64,000 nt of DNA from contig JANRIL010000038.1 of assembly GCA_033764955.1 (NCBI GenBank), forward strand, positions 1 to 64,000. The letters are read 5' to 3'. This document shows, in pieces, positions 27,888 to 37,275 of this stretch (positions are counted from its first letter, which is position 1; every line of letters begins with the position of its first letter). Below the pieces are notes generated by a model. It was not told the DNA's origin. It was given only the letters and a program-made list of their open reading frames with translations, and did not search any database. This DNA is from Cyanobacteriota bacterium (GTDB lineage: Bacteria; Cyanobacteriota; Cyanobacteriia; Thermostichales; Thermostichaceae). Position numbers and translations under genes: made by a program.

Positions 27888-29223
27888 GTTGTCCCCACAC
27901 CCGTGGGGGTGAACCGCCGATACCAGAGAGAGCCGTGTGTCCGATTGACGTTGTCCCCACACCCGTGGGGGTGAACCGGTGCTGACGCAGCCTCCTCTGT
28001 GAGCCGAAATCGTTGTCCCCACACCCGTGGGGGTGAACCGACATACTTGGGCTGGGATATTGCGCGCCGTCGGGTTGTCCCCACACCCGTGGGGGTGAAC
28101 CGCCGTTAACAAAGTCTTAGGAGGGCGGTAATGGGGTTGTCCCCACACCCGTGGGGGTGAACCGGGATCCCCGGTTGGGATTCGTTTGGGCGTGGGGGTT
28201 GTCCCCACACCCGTGGGGGTGAACCGTATTTCGGGCGCAAGAGTTGCCGTTTTACCCACGTTGTCCCCACACCCGTGGGGGTGAACCGATCCGCTGGGAC
28301 ACCTGCTTGATTTAAAGCGGGAGTTGTCCCCACACCCGTGGGGGTGAACCGGCAAAATCAGCAAATACGCCTTGTCCAGCGGATGGTTGTCCCCACACCC
28401 GTGGGGGTGAACCGTAAGCGTGGCCTGATACTTGGCCATTGTGCTGGTAGTTGTCCCCACACCCGTGGGGGTGAACCGCCGGATAGAGAAATGAAAACAG
28501 AACTAATAAAAGTTGTCCCCACACCCGTGGGGGTGAACCGCCGGGATCCCGACTAGCCTTGCCCCGCCTCGCCGTTGTCCCCACACCCGTGGGGGTGAAC
28601 CAGTTTCGTGGGCAAACGAAATTCGTTTCAATATTCGTTGTCCCCACACCCGTGGGGGTGAACCGTCTCTTTGCCGTGCTGTCACGGGTTGATAGCTGGT
28701 TGTCCCCACACCCGTGGGGGTGAACCGCAAACCGTCAGCCCTTTATCTGCCTTCAAAAAGTTGTCCCCACACCCGTGGGGGTGAACCGAAGCATCGCGAT
28801 CGACAGACTGTCTAACCGAAGTTGTCCCCACACCCGTGGGGGTGAACCGCTCAACAGGGACAACGGGTTTTGTTGGTGGATCTCGTTGTCCCCACACCCG
28901 TGGGGGTGAACCGAAGTAGGCGGGATTATTCCCGTGGTCTACTGGCGTTGTCCCCACACCCGTGGGGGTGAACCGGAAAAATTAGCGATAAAGGAAAGTC
29001 GTATTGCGTTGTCCCCACACCCGTGGGGGTGAACCGGCTACCGTTAGTAATTAGCCGTCCCCTAACGATCGTTGTCCCCACACCCGTGGGGGTGAACCGA
29101 GGTCGCTGTTGCGAATAATCCTGACACCGATCGTTGTCCCCACACCCGTGGGGGTGAACCGATTCGGGAAATCGGTATCAGGTAAGGATCCCGTGTTGTC
29201 CCCACACCCGTGGGGGTGAACCG
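27888..29223 (+). CRISPR. Type I-E array: 22 repeats GTTGTCCCCACACCCGTGGGGGTGAACCG, 21 spacers of 32-35 nt
   Basis: Counted directly; repeat 12 ends ...GAACCA; possible degenerate terminal unit after 29256. Confidence 0.98.
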
Positions 29224-29281
29224 GAGATTGCCCCAGAATTGACCTTGACCAATGATTAGTAGGGGGTGTGGATCTGTGATT

Positions 29282-30421
29282 TTAGGCAAGCAGGGGATGA
29301 CAAATGGTTTCTGCCAATTCCCTTTCTATCTCTTGCATCTCCTGAATAGCTGCTTGATAGACCTGGGCGGGGGAGGATCCGTCTTCCACCTGTCGTAGCC
29401 ACTGTTGAGCCTCGTTGCCCTCTGCCAAAACCCGTTGTAAGGGCGACAAAAAACAGCTAAAGCCGAGGGGATGGGCTAGCAACCAAGCTTCCGTCAGTTG
29501 TTGCTCAAGCCATGCCTGAGCGGTGATGGTTTGTCCGGTTTGCCAATGAATCAACTCGGCTTCGAGGGAGTGACGGGCGGCGGCCTGTTCGTTTTGGTTG
29601 CAAATCTCCACCAACTCAGCAGGGGTAAAACCAGCTAGGAGGGGATCCCAGCCATCGGGGTCGTCCAGCATCGCCAGCAGGCGGGCTTCCATCAGGGCAG
29701 CCAGCCCTAAAATCACCACGGGATCCGCCACTAGATCGCAAATGCGTAGCTCCACACGGTTCAAATCGAAGGGGCGATCCGCGCCATTGGGACGCACAGC
29801 CGCCCAGAGGTGGCGAACATTTTGCATGGATCCCAGAGCCAGTTGTTCTTGAGTCCATTGGATGTAATGAGCGTGATCCACAAAAAGCGGCACACTGGGG
29901 GGGGTCTTGGGAAAAACCTGCCAACGGCTGGAGTGGGATCCCGTGACTTGTCCGGCTAAAAAGGGGGAAGAAGCACTCAAGGCCAGATAAAGGGGAGCCT
30001 CGACCCGCAGCAGGCGGCAGGCTCGCATGATCTGGTCGGGGGTAGACAAACCGATATTGATGTGGATGCTGGCGGTGACCACCGTGGTATGGTAGGTCTT
30101 CTCGATATAGTCGTGGTAGGGATTTTCCGGATCTGAGCGGTCAAAATAATCGCTGCCCCCCAGGGCCAGGGTACTTCCCGGCAGTAGGGTGTAGGATCCC
30201 CTCTCCTGCAAAAAATGGCGCAGGGCAAGGCGGGGCTTGAGCAAGGCACAAAGCAACTGTTCGTAGCTGGTCAGGGGTGGGGTGATATATTCGACGTTGC
30301 GCTGATCCGGCTCCCGCACAAACCCAGGCAAAGTATCCGCGATTTTGCCCGAAAAGCCTATAGCTTCTCCAGCAGGGGTGCCCGTGTACATTTCAACTTC
30401 AAAGCCTTTGGTTAACAGCAC
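29282..30421 (-). CDS. gshA: Glutamate--cysteine ligase (cyanobacterial type)
   Basis: KGFEVEMYTG; REPD.RNVEY; TASIHINIG; MQNVRHLW..VRPNG; ELRICD. Confidence 0.92.
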   Translation of the reverse strand: MLLTKGFEVEMYTGTPAGEAIGFSGKIADTLPGFVREPDQRNVEYITPPLTSYEQLLCALLKPRLALRHFLQERGSYTLLPGSTLALGGSDYFDRSDPENPYHDYIEKTYHTTVVTASIHINIGLSTPDQIMRACRLLRVEAPLYLALSASSPFLAGQVTGSHSSRWQVFPKTPPSVPLFVDHAHYIQWTQEQLALGSMQNVRHLWAAVRPNGADRPFDLNRVELRICDLVADPVVILGLAALMEARLLAMLDDPDGWDPLLAGFTPAELVEICNQNEQAAARHSLEAELIHWQTGQTITAQAWLEQQLTEAWLLAHPLGFSCFLSPLQRVLAEGNEAQQWLRQVEDGSSPAQVYQAAIQEMQEIERELAETICHPLLA

Positions 30422-30466
30422 GGTGCTACCGTTGTTTCAGCATTTTTAGTTTATCACTGGACTCTC

Positions 30467-32299
30467 TCACTGATATCCCGCCGCTTGCAGGGAGAAAAGA
30501 TGGGCATACCGTCCACCCAGGCGCAGCAATTCAGCATGGGATCCCGCTTCTACCACTTGACCATTTTCCAGGACAATGATCCGGTCGGCCATCCGCACCG
30601 TAGAGAAGCGATGGGAGATCAAGATAGCCATCTGTTGATGGGTGAGGGCACGAAATCGCTCAAAAATTTCCACCTCTGCTTCCGCATCCATCGCGGCTGT
30701 GGGTTCATCCAACACCAAAATATCCGCCTGGGAGCGCATAAAGGCTCTGGCCAGGGCGATCTTTTGCCATTGCCCGCCGGAGAGTTCTAAGCCCGCTTGG
30801 AACCATTTGCCCAGTTGGGTAGCAAATCCCTGCGGCATCCCTGCGATCAAGGCGGTGGCCATACCTTTGTCGGCGGCGATCTGCCACCGCTGGGCATCCA
30901 TCAAATAGTCCACATCCCCTACCCCGATATTTTCTCCGGCACTGAATTGATAGCGGACGAAGTTTTGAAAGATCACGCCGATGCGACGATGTAACACCAC
31001 GGGATCCCATGCCTGTAAATCCAAACCATCCAGGGTGATTCGTCCCTGATCCGGGGGATACATGCGTACCAACAGGTTGATCAGGGTGGTTTTGCCAGAG
31101 CCATTTTTACCCACGAGGGCCAGCTTTTCCCCTGGTTTGAGGTGGAGGGAAATGTTGTGGAGAGCGGGTTGGGGGTTGCCCGGATAGGTAAAGCTCACCT
31201 GCTCAAAGCGGATCCCGTCGCCGGGGAGGGGGCCATGCTTGGCTTGACCGGAGGCGAAATGGACGGGTTGTTCCAAAAACTCGTAGAGGTTTGAGAGATA
31301 GAGGGTGTCTTCGTAGATGCCCCCCAGGGATCCCAAGAGGGTAGCCAGTGTGGTTTGACCTTGGCGAAAGAGGCTCAAATAGAGGGTCATATCCCCCAGC
31401 GTGATGCGGTTGGCAACGGTTTCGATGACAATCCAGGCATAGGCGGCATAAAAGGTCAGGCTGCTGAGCAAGCTCAAGCCGTAGCTCCAAGCCCCCCGCC
31501 GCAGGGTGAGATCCCGTCCCTCCCCATACAAGTGCTGAAAGATGGCCTGGTAGCGCTCTAAAAACGTCTGACCCAGTTGATAAAGTTTCACCTCACGGGC
31601 AAAGTCTTCACGGGCAATCAAGGTTTCCAAATAGACCTGTTGGCGGGTTTCGGGGGCGCGCCGACGAAACAGCCGAAAGGCTTCTCCCGAAAAGCGGGTT
31701 TCTGCCCAAAAACTGGGTAGGGCGGTCATGACCAGAATCAGGACAGTCCAGCCGGAAAACGGCAAGAGCAACCCACTAAAGGCTAATAGGGACAGGGCAT
31801 TTTGCACCAAGCCAAAGCTGGTCATCACCAAACTCAAGGGACGACTAGAGGCTTCTTGGCGGGCACGGCTCATCTTGTCATAGAGTTCGGAGTCTTCAAA
31901 ATCCGCCAAACTTAAGGTGAGAGCTTTTTCCAAGATCAAGACATTCACCCGTTGTCCCAATAAAACCCGCAACAAGGATTGACAGATGGCGGTACCTTGG
32001 CGACAGGCGGCCATTCCTACCACCAAGAGGGCTTCCCAAGCGGTGTAACCCAGAGCCTCCCAGCGATCCGCGGCTAGTCCCGACTGACTGGCTTGCACCA
32101 CACTATCCACAATCAGTTTGCCCACATAGGCAATCGCCGCCGGTAGGATCCCCCCCAGCAGGGTGAGTCCCGCTACTATTAGGGTCAACCGCGCATGGGT
32201 CGTCCAGACGAGACGGATGGCTCGCCAGATAGAGGGCAATAGGCTTTTAACCGGGATCCGAGGATCAGCAGGACGAGGAGGCGAGACCGCAGACACCAT
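30467..32299 (-). CDS. ABC transporter ATP-binding/permease fusion
   Basis: TM helices plus GKNGSGKT, LSGGQ, LDEPT. Confidence 0.93.
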   Translation of the reverse strand: MVSAVSPPRPADPRIPVKSLLPSIWRAIRLVWTTHARLTLIVAGLTLLGGILPAAIAYVGKLIVDSVVQASQSGLAADRWEALGYTAWEALLVVGMAACRQGTAICQSLLRVLLGQRVNVLILEKALTLSLADFEDSELYDKMSRARQEASSRPLSLVMTSFGLVQNALSLLAFSGLLLPFSGWTVLILVMTALPSFWAETRFSGEAFRLFRRRAPETRQQVYLETLIAREDFAREVKLYQLGQTFLERYQAIFQHLYGEGRDLTLRRGAWSYGLSLLSSLTFYAAYAWIVIETVANRITLGDMTLYLSLFRQGQTTLATLLGSLGGIYEDTLYLSNLYEFLEQPVHFASGQAKHGPLPGDGIRFEQVSFTYPGNPQPALHNISLHLKPGEKLALVGKNGSGKTTLINLLVRMYPPDQGRITLDGLDLQAWDPVVLHRRIGVIFQNFVRYQFSAGENIGVGDVDYLMDAQRWQIAADKGMATALIAGMPQGFATQLGKWFQAGLELSGGQWQKIALARAFMRSQADILVLDEPTAAMDAEAEVEIFERFRALTHQQMAILISHRFSTVRMADRIIVLENGQVVEAGSHAELLRLGGRYAHLFSLQAAGYQ

Positions 32300-32456
32300 G
32301 CCAATGAGCGCACAACAGCTTCTAGCATGGCACTAGCAATCTGTGGATCCCAAGGGTAAATGGGTTACCGAGTCGCGGTTGTTTTCGGCAGGGATTGATC
32401 AAGTCTTGGGATCCTAGGGGTAAGCTGAGCATGGGGCGCAGAGGATTGGCAGGGTT

Positions 32457-32882
32457 ATGACGGACGATCGGGATCCGCAACGGAAAGTCAAAGAAACCTG
32501 GGCATGGGTTGCTCTGGTGGGTGTTTTGGTGCCCGGATTGCAGTGGTTACTTTATTTGGGTCATTTTCATCCCCAACAAAGGAAATGGGGCTGGATTTAT
32601 TTGGGGATAGGATTTTGTTTTCTGCTGCCGATTGGTGCCTTAAAATATCTCAGTTTGCTACCTCGCCTCGCCTGTTTGTTGGAGGGGTTGTGGCTATTGA
32701 GCATGAGCAATGAAGAGTTTGATTCCCGATTTAATCGAGAGCATTCTGGCCTAGAGTGGACGAGTGTGATAGGGCGGGCGGCGTTGGATCCCGAACAACA
32801 ATTGGAAGCGATGAAACGGAGTGGTTTGATCACCGAAGCCGAATATCAACAACGACGGCAGGAATTGCGAAAAATCACTTAG
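32457..32882 (+). CDS. Membrane protein, TM2/NINE-like with C-terminal SHOCT-like motif
   Basis: PGL..LYLG...G..YL; G.ITEAEYQ.RR. Confidence 0.65.
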   Translation: MTDDRDPQRKVKETWAWVALVGVLVPGLQWLLYLGHFHPQQRKWGWIYLGIGFCFLLPIGALKYLSLLPRLACLLEGLWLLSMSNEEFDSRFNREHSGLEWTSVIGRAALDPEQQLEAMKRSGLITEAEYQQRRQELRKIT

Positions 32883-32963
32883 ATTTTCTTTGCTAAGATT
32901 AAGTTTCTGATTGTTTCTCCGTCAGGCTTTGCAAAACACCCTTCATCCAATCTATCCATAACG

Positions 32964-33761
32964 ATGCGTCCTGCTGTTTTCCCTTGTCTGGCTGTCGTTG
33001 CTGCGATTTTGCTGGTTTTAGGACTAGCTCCGTCCCTTGTTCTTTCTCAAGAGCCGACGGAACTACTGATCTCTGCTGGGGCGAGTTTGAAAGATGCCCT
33101 CAGCGATATTCAAACGCTTTATCAACAGGAACAACCCCAGGTGAAGTTGACCTATAACTTTGGAGCATCGGGATCCCTCAAGCAACAAATTGAGCAGGGT
33201 GCTCCTGTGGATGTCTTTATCTCAGCCGCCCCTCAACCTCTCGCTGATCTGGAAGCCAAAGGGCTTATTTTAGAAAACACCCGCCACAATTTATTGAGCA
33301 ATCGTCTGGTGGTTGTGGTTCCGACTCAAGCGACTGGAGGAAGGGATCCCATCACTACGCTGGCAGATTTGCAACGCCCCGATATTGAGCGCATTGCCAT
33401 GGGGGAACCCAACAGTGTTCCAGCAGGGCAGTATGCCGAACAAGCGATTGCTTCCTATCAACTGACAGAAGCCCTTAAGCCTAAATTAATTTATGCCAAA
33501 GATGTCCGGCAGGTTTTGAGCTATGTGGAAACAGGGAATGTGGATGTAGGGTTTGTCTATATCACCGATGCCAAAGTTTCCCCGCAGGTCAGGGTGGCCT
33601 TCGAGTTGCCGCCGGAGTCCCACAGTGCAATTGTTTATCCGATGGCGGTCATCAAAACCAGCGAGCATCCCACACTAGCCCAAGCCTTTGTGGAATTTTT
33701 GCTGGAGGATGCTGAGGTGCAGGCGATTTTTCAGAAATATGGCTTTCGTGCCCCCGACTAA
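32964..33761 (+). CDS. modA: Molybdate ABC transporter substrate-binding protein
   Basis: AGASL.D; FGASG.L..QI.QGAPVDVFISA; VPAGQYA; VY.TDA. Confidence 0.93.
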   Translation: MRPAVFPCLAVVAAILLVLGLAPSLVLSQEPTELLISAGASLKDALSDIQTLYQQEQPQVKLTYNFGASGSLKQQIEQGAPVDVFISAAPQPLADLEAKGLILENTRHNLLSNRLVVVVPTQATGGRDPITTLADLQRPDIERIAMGEPNSVPAGQYAEQAIASYQLTEALKPKLIYAKDVRQVLSYVETGNVDVGFVYITDAKVSPQVRVAFELPPESHSAIVYPMAVIKTSEHPTLAQAFVEFLLEDAEVQAIFQKYGFRAPD

Positions 33762-33781
33762 GCCAAGGTCTATCATCAATT

Positions 33782-33867
33782 CGATAACGTTCCCGACCAG
33801 CAGCGGCAGATAACCTTGAACTCAGCACCAGCGGTTCTCGTCCGTCCGCACCAACGCAGTGTTGGGC
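33782..33867 (-). repeat. attC site (terminal), homologous to attC 8
   Basis: Reverse complement shares gcggacggRcgaga, caaggttatctgccgcYgct and cgttatcg with 16167-16252. Confidence 0.85.
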
Positions 33868-33874
33868 TGCGCTG

Positions 33875-34258
33875 CTACAAGACGCTAACTAAGTAGGCAC
33901 GAACAGCTGCATCTACTGTAGCAATGGTCAAACCGTTTTGTAATGCCTGACAGATGAGCATTCTGTCAAACGGATCACGATGCAATGGTGGCAGTTTAGG
34001 CAGTTGAATCACACTGCTTTCATCAAGAGCAAGGCTGGCAATTTGATGAAGGTCACGTTGCTTAGGTAAATATATTTCGGGAGGTTCTGGCAGGGGTAAC
34101 TTGCCCAACTGGTACTTGACAATTGCTTCCCAGATTGAAACTGAACTCAGATAGGCTTCGTTGTCTGGATCACGAATCGCATCCCGAACGTCCGTTGATA
34201 ACTGAATGTCACCGCTAATGAACCATAAGAAAATATGCGTATCTAGCAAAATTCTCAT
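33875..34258 (-). CDS. PIN/VapC toxin
   Basis: ILLDTHIFLW; S.WE..K; HRDPFDRML..QA. Confidence 0.92.
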   Translation of the reverse strand: MRILLDTHIFLWFISGDIQLSTDVRDAIRDPDNEAYLSSVSIWEAIVKYQLGKLPLPEPPEIYLPKQRDLHQIASLALDESSVIQLPKLPPLHRDPFDRMLICQALQNGLTIATVDAAVRAYLVSVL

Positions 34259-34491
34259 TTGCCCTCGAATGCGTTGAGCAGATCTTCCGGTAAAGAAGCG
34301 TCGAAATCGTCTGGAACAGTAAACTCGCCTGCACATAAACCAAATGGTCGTAATTGCTTACTATTGACAACAGGTTTAAGTTCAGCAATCGGCTTGTTAG
34401 ATCTAAAAATGACAAGCGTCTCGCCCGCCTCTACTTGATTCAGATACTTAAGAGGATCGCGCTGAATATCATCAACCGTTACATTCAACAT
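34255..34491 (-). CDS. Phd/YefM-family antitoxin
   Basis: L..VEAGE..VI.R..KPIAEL.P; RPFGL..G...PDDFD..LP. Confidence 0.88.
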   Translation of the reverse strand: MLNVTVDDIQRDPLKYLNQVEAGETLVIFRSNKPIAELKPVVNSKQLRPFGLCAGEFTVPDDFDASLPEDLLNAFEGK

Positions 34492-34547
34492 TGGCTTGCC
34501 TCAATACAACTCGACATATACATCAAAATCCAAAGCAGTGAAACATT

Positions 34548-35039
34548 TCAAAGCTTCTCTAAGTAAAGAGTTTTGATCTGAAATGCAACTTTTCTAGCCT
34601 GAATCAAGGGTATTGGATAGCCAATTGTGTTGTACCCTTTATTGGCTACACTTCTTTCTTTGAGAGACTTCTGTAATTCCCAAACCAAAGCCCTTAGCTT
34701 TCCTGGTTTGAAGGCAATAATTTCCTGCTCTGGTATGAGAAAGATCCAGTAATCGGCTTGTGAACTCCACCCCCATCCTGGAATAAGCTCCTTGTCATTT
34801 GAAACAGTTTCAAAGAAAAGGTTGCCTGTTCGTTTAGCAGCCATGTCAAATTTGTACTCAATCGTGATGACTGATCCATCTAGACGTGTAACGACTCGAT
34901 CAATCCCTGATTGTTGGTACTTCAGATCTTCAGAAACATCCAGCACCTTATAAGTAGAGGATAACCATTGGTCTAGGAATGTTTCGCCTTCCTGCCCAAC
35001 TTTGCGCTGAGTGTGAAAATCGTACTGTCTAGTTTGCAT
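34548..35039 (-). CDS. PD-(D/E)xK-like nuclease
   Basis: G..GE..L; QQSGID; IEYK.D; TGNLFFE; GW...SQADY. Confidence 0.7.
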   Translation of the reverse strand: MQTRQYDFHTQRKVGQEGETFLDQWLSSTYKVLDVSEDLKYQQSGIDRVVTRLDGSVITIEYKFDMAAKRTGNLFFETVSNDKELIPGWGWSSQADYWIFLIPEQEIIAFKPGKLRALVWELQKSLKERSVANKGYNTIGYPIPLIQARKVAFQIKTLYLEKL

Positions 35040-35897
35040 AGATGTAAGGGATGTAGAGTTGAACATCATCATTGCCTTCTCGCCGTATGGGAATCCCTGC
35101 CCACCGTGTCACCCAATTTACTAACGCTCTCAAGGAACTAGCTCGACGAGGATTTGTGGTTCCTCCGCAATCACCCAAACTCACCGCAGAAATGATCTCT
35201 TGGATTAACTCTTTGGTAAGTTCTTTGTCACCACGAGTTGTTTCTTCAATGATCATTTGAATCGGGTAAAACCCAACAAAGCTTCTGCTAGAAGACGCTC
35301 ACGAGTCTCTGAATCATTGCTCTGAGCAATTCGTTGACCTCGCTCCGTCAAAACATAAGTGCTTGTAGATTGCTTTTCAATTTGACACCGACTAGCAAGA
35401 CCAATCTCAATAATAGGTCGCCCAAGATAGTCACCTCTCCTTGCCAGATCTTTATCTTTCTTTGCACCACTACCAAATGCAATACCTAAATCTTTCGGAG
35501 TGTTGATTCCACAATGAATTAATTCAACAGTTCTGATAAATTTATGCGGATCACCGATTTGGGGAATGTAGACGGGTTGATCCTCACCACTGCGAAGATC
35601 TTGCTCTAGAGCAGTTCTCCAATCGATTGAGTGAGACATCTGTTTGAATTCATAGAATCTGATCTCTTTCCTGGCAACATCGACAGTATAAGTAATCTGG
35701 AAGGTTCGCCCTGTGATTTCATAGACTAATTCTGTAATACCTGGCTTTATTCCACAGCTAGCTCCTTTGACTTCACCACATTGTTTGAGAGTCTCTAGAA
35801 CAGGAGAAAGTTCTTGCTCCAATTCAGCATCCCAAAATGCGTTTCTATCGAAAAACGTTGATTTAACTTGATAATCGAAATACGTAAACCTGTACAC
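35029..35897 (-). pseudogene. RelE/ParE-like N-terminus plus wHTH-type C-terminus, split by a -1 frameshift at 35268-35274
   Basis: ORFs 35253-35897 and 35029-35256 join as ...LLGFYPIQMIIE with one added T; motifs YIPQ, DY, GL, LT.RG, T..RRASSL. Confidence 0.65.
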
Positions 35898-35918
35898 TTT
35901 ATCACTCCTTAAGTTGAA

Positions 35919-36314
35919 TCAGATCTGAATTTCAGAAGGAAGAAATAAAACTTTATCGGCATCACCGATCAGCGGTAGTGAAAGGTGATGAGTGAAACGA
36001 GGCGATACGAATGCAACAACTCGTCTTTTGTGAAACGTTAAATAGATACAGTCCGTACCTCCCAGAAGCTTTTCCCATGCTTCGGTTAACTGGTCCCGGA
36101 ACTCAGTCAGAGGAACTTCTTCACTTTTCTGAACACTAATTTCGCTGTCTCCAGAATTAAGTTCATCAATATCTTGAAGAGGAAGCAGGAAAGCTGCCAC
36201 TTCTCCATAATGAGTACACACAATGCGTAAGTTACCCGACTGAACCTGTCGCCTAAGTTTTGGCAGTTTGACCCGTAACTCTGACATTGGGATTTGCTTA
36301 AAACGTTTGTTCAT
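35919..36314 (-). CDS. Protein with two tandem Phd/YefM-like DNA-binding domains
   Basis: IPMSELRVKL..L...V......IV.THYGEVAAFLLP repeated as VPLTEFRDQL.......IYLTFHKRRVVAFVSP. Confidence 0.75.
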   Translation of the reverse strand: MNKRFKQIPMSELRVKLPKLRRQVQSGNLRIVCTHYGEVAAFLLPLQDIDELNSGDSEISVQKSEEVPLTEFRDQLTEAWEKLLGGTDCIYLTFHKRRVVAFVSPRFTHHLSLPLIGDADKVLFLPSEIQI

Positions 36315-36340
36315 GTTTACCAGCCCTATCCCTACACCTC

Positions 36341-36369
36341 ATAATGGCAAGGAATTTATTAACTGTCAA
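36341..36369 (-). promoter_or_regulatory. Sigma70-type promoter inside the cassette
   Basis: TTGACA-N17-CATTAT on - strand, 26 bp before the ATG at 36314. Confidence 0.7.
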
Positions 36370-36522
36370 TAGTGTATCACGTTTTTTACATTTTTAGTCC
36401 AAACATCACTGAAATTAGTGCTTTTGGGGGTTTAGATTTTAAGGTGAGAGATGGCTTGAGGTGGCTAAATCCAGAACTCTAGCAGGGAATGCTCAGGCTG
36501 CTGCCCCACCGAGAACTAAGCA

Positions 36523-36610
36523 GCCCAACGGCTAGGGTCAGCGGCGGCGAAAAAAAATAGGCCGCACTGTGAGAGATCTCTGCGCTGTCCGCTGCACCAA
36601 CGTGTTAGGC
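36523..36610 (-). repeat. attC site
   Basis: On -: GCCTAAC..ggtgcagcggacagc...gccgccgctgacc..GTTGGGC. Confidence 0.82.
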
Positions 36611-36825
36611 ATGGCAAAGCTGGACTGGACAAAACATGGGAAAACTCGATCGACTCATCGCTAAAAATATTAAACCACGATCGTGTAATATAGCGATGTG
36701 CAGTCGTATGAGGTAGACAAGCATGGGCTACAATCTAACCTGGCAAAGGATTTTACTGTACCTCTCGCCAGCGAATACCGCCATAAATCGATATCACCCA
36801 ACACAGAAATATATATTCTGATTCT

Positions 36826-37113
36826 TCAGTGCCGTGCGAACCAGTATGGAACCTCAGCATTATGAGCTTCCCATAAGTTTTGACATGCAAAATTGATGAA
36901 TTCACATGCAACTTCGTGTGCTGACATATCTTTAGGTATTTGTTCTGCGGCATAGAAAGCGTCGTCCATATTAATCAGCGTGCCAGTCGCAGAGAAAATG
37001 TGTCTACGTTCTTTAGGGTCTTCTCGTAGAGATAGATTTATTGTGTTGACAATCAAAGTGGTTTGAACTTCTGTTATGAATTGAAACTTTTTCCATTCGA
37101 ACTCATTATTCAT
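36826..37113 (-). CDS. Hypothetical protein (probable next cassette)
   Basis: 95-aa ORF, same orientation, upstream of attC 36523-36610. Confidence 0.6.
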   Translation of the reverse strand: MNNEFEWKKFQFITEVQTTLIVNTINLSLREDPKERRHIFSATGTLINMDDAFYAAEQIPKDMSAHEVACEFINFACQNLWEAHNAEVPYWFARH

Positions 37114-37149
37114 TTTTCTTTAGATTTTGTGATTATTGAAACTGTTGCA

Positions 37150-37275
37150 TATAGCAATCCTATAAGAGTTGTGAAAGCTAGGATCCCTGAGGGATCCCCC
37201 CGCCCTATCGGGCACCCCCCTTAGCAAGAGGGGCTTGGGGGGATCGGTTTTCACGAATCATTTAGGCTTGCTATA
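37150..37275. mobile_element. Cyanobacterial MITE-like element
   Basis: Imperfect TIRs TATAGCAATCCTATAAGAGTTGTGAAA / TTTCACGAATCATTTAGGCTTGCTATA around a GC-rich palindromic core. Confidence 0.75.

Larger units (their letters stand above)
33782..36610 (-). mobile_element. Second attC cluster without adjacent integrase (CALIN-like); cassette 33861-36529
   Basis: Two attC sites on - strand; GTTGGGCTGC (33861) and GCAGCCCAAC (36520) are exactly complementary. Confidence 0.8.

Noticed and set aside
28041..28073. Spacer 3 versus the M15 peptidase gene (ttgggctggg)
   Set aside because: Only about 10 nt shared; chance level
27632..29289. Many ORFs across the CRISPR array
   Set aside because: Translations of the repeat (VHPHGCGDN, RFTPTGVGTT), not genes
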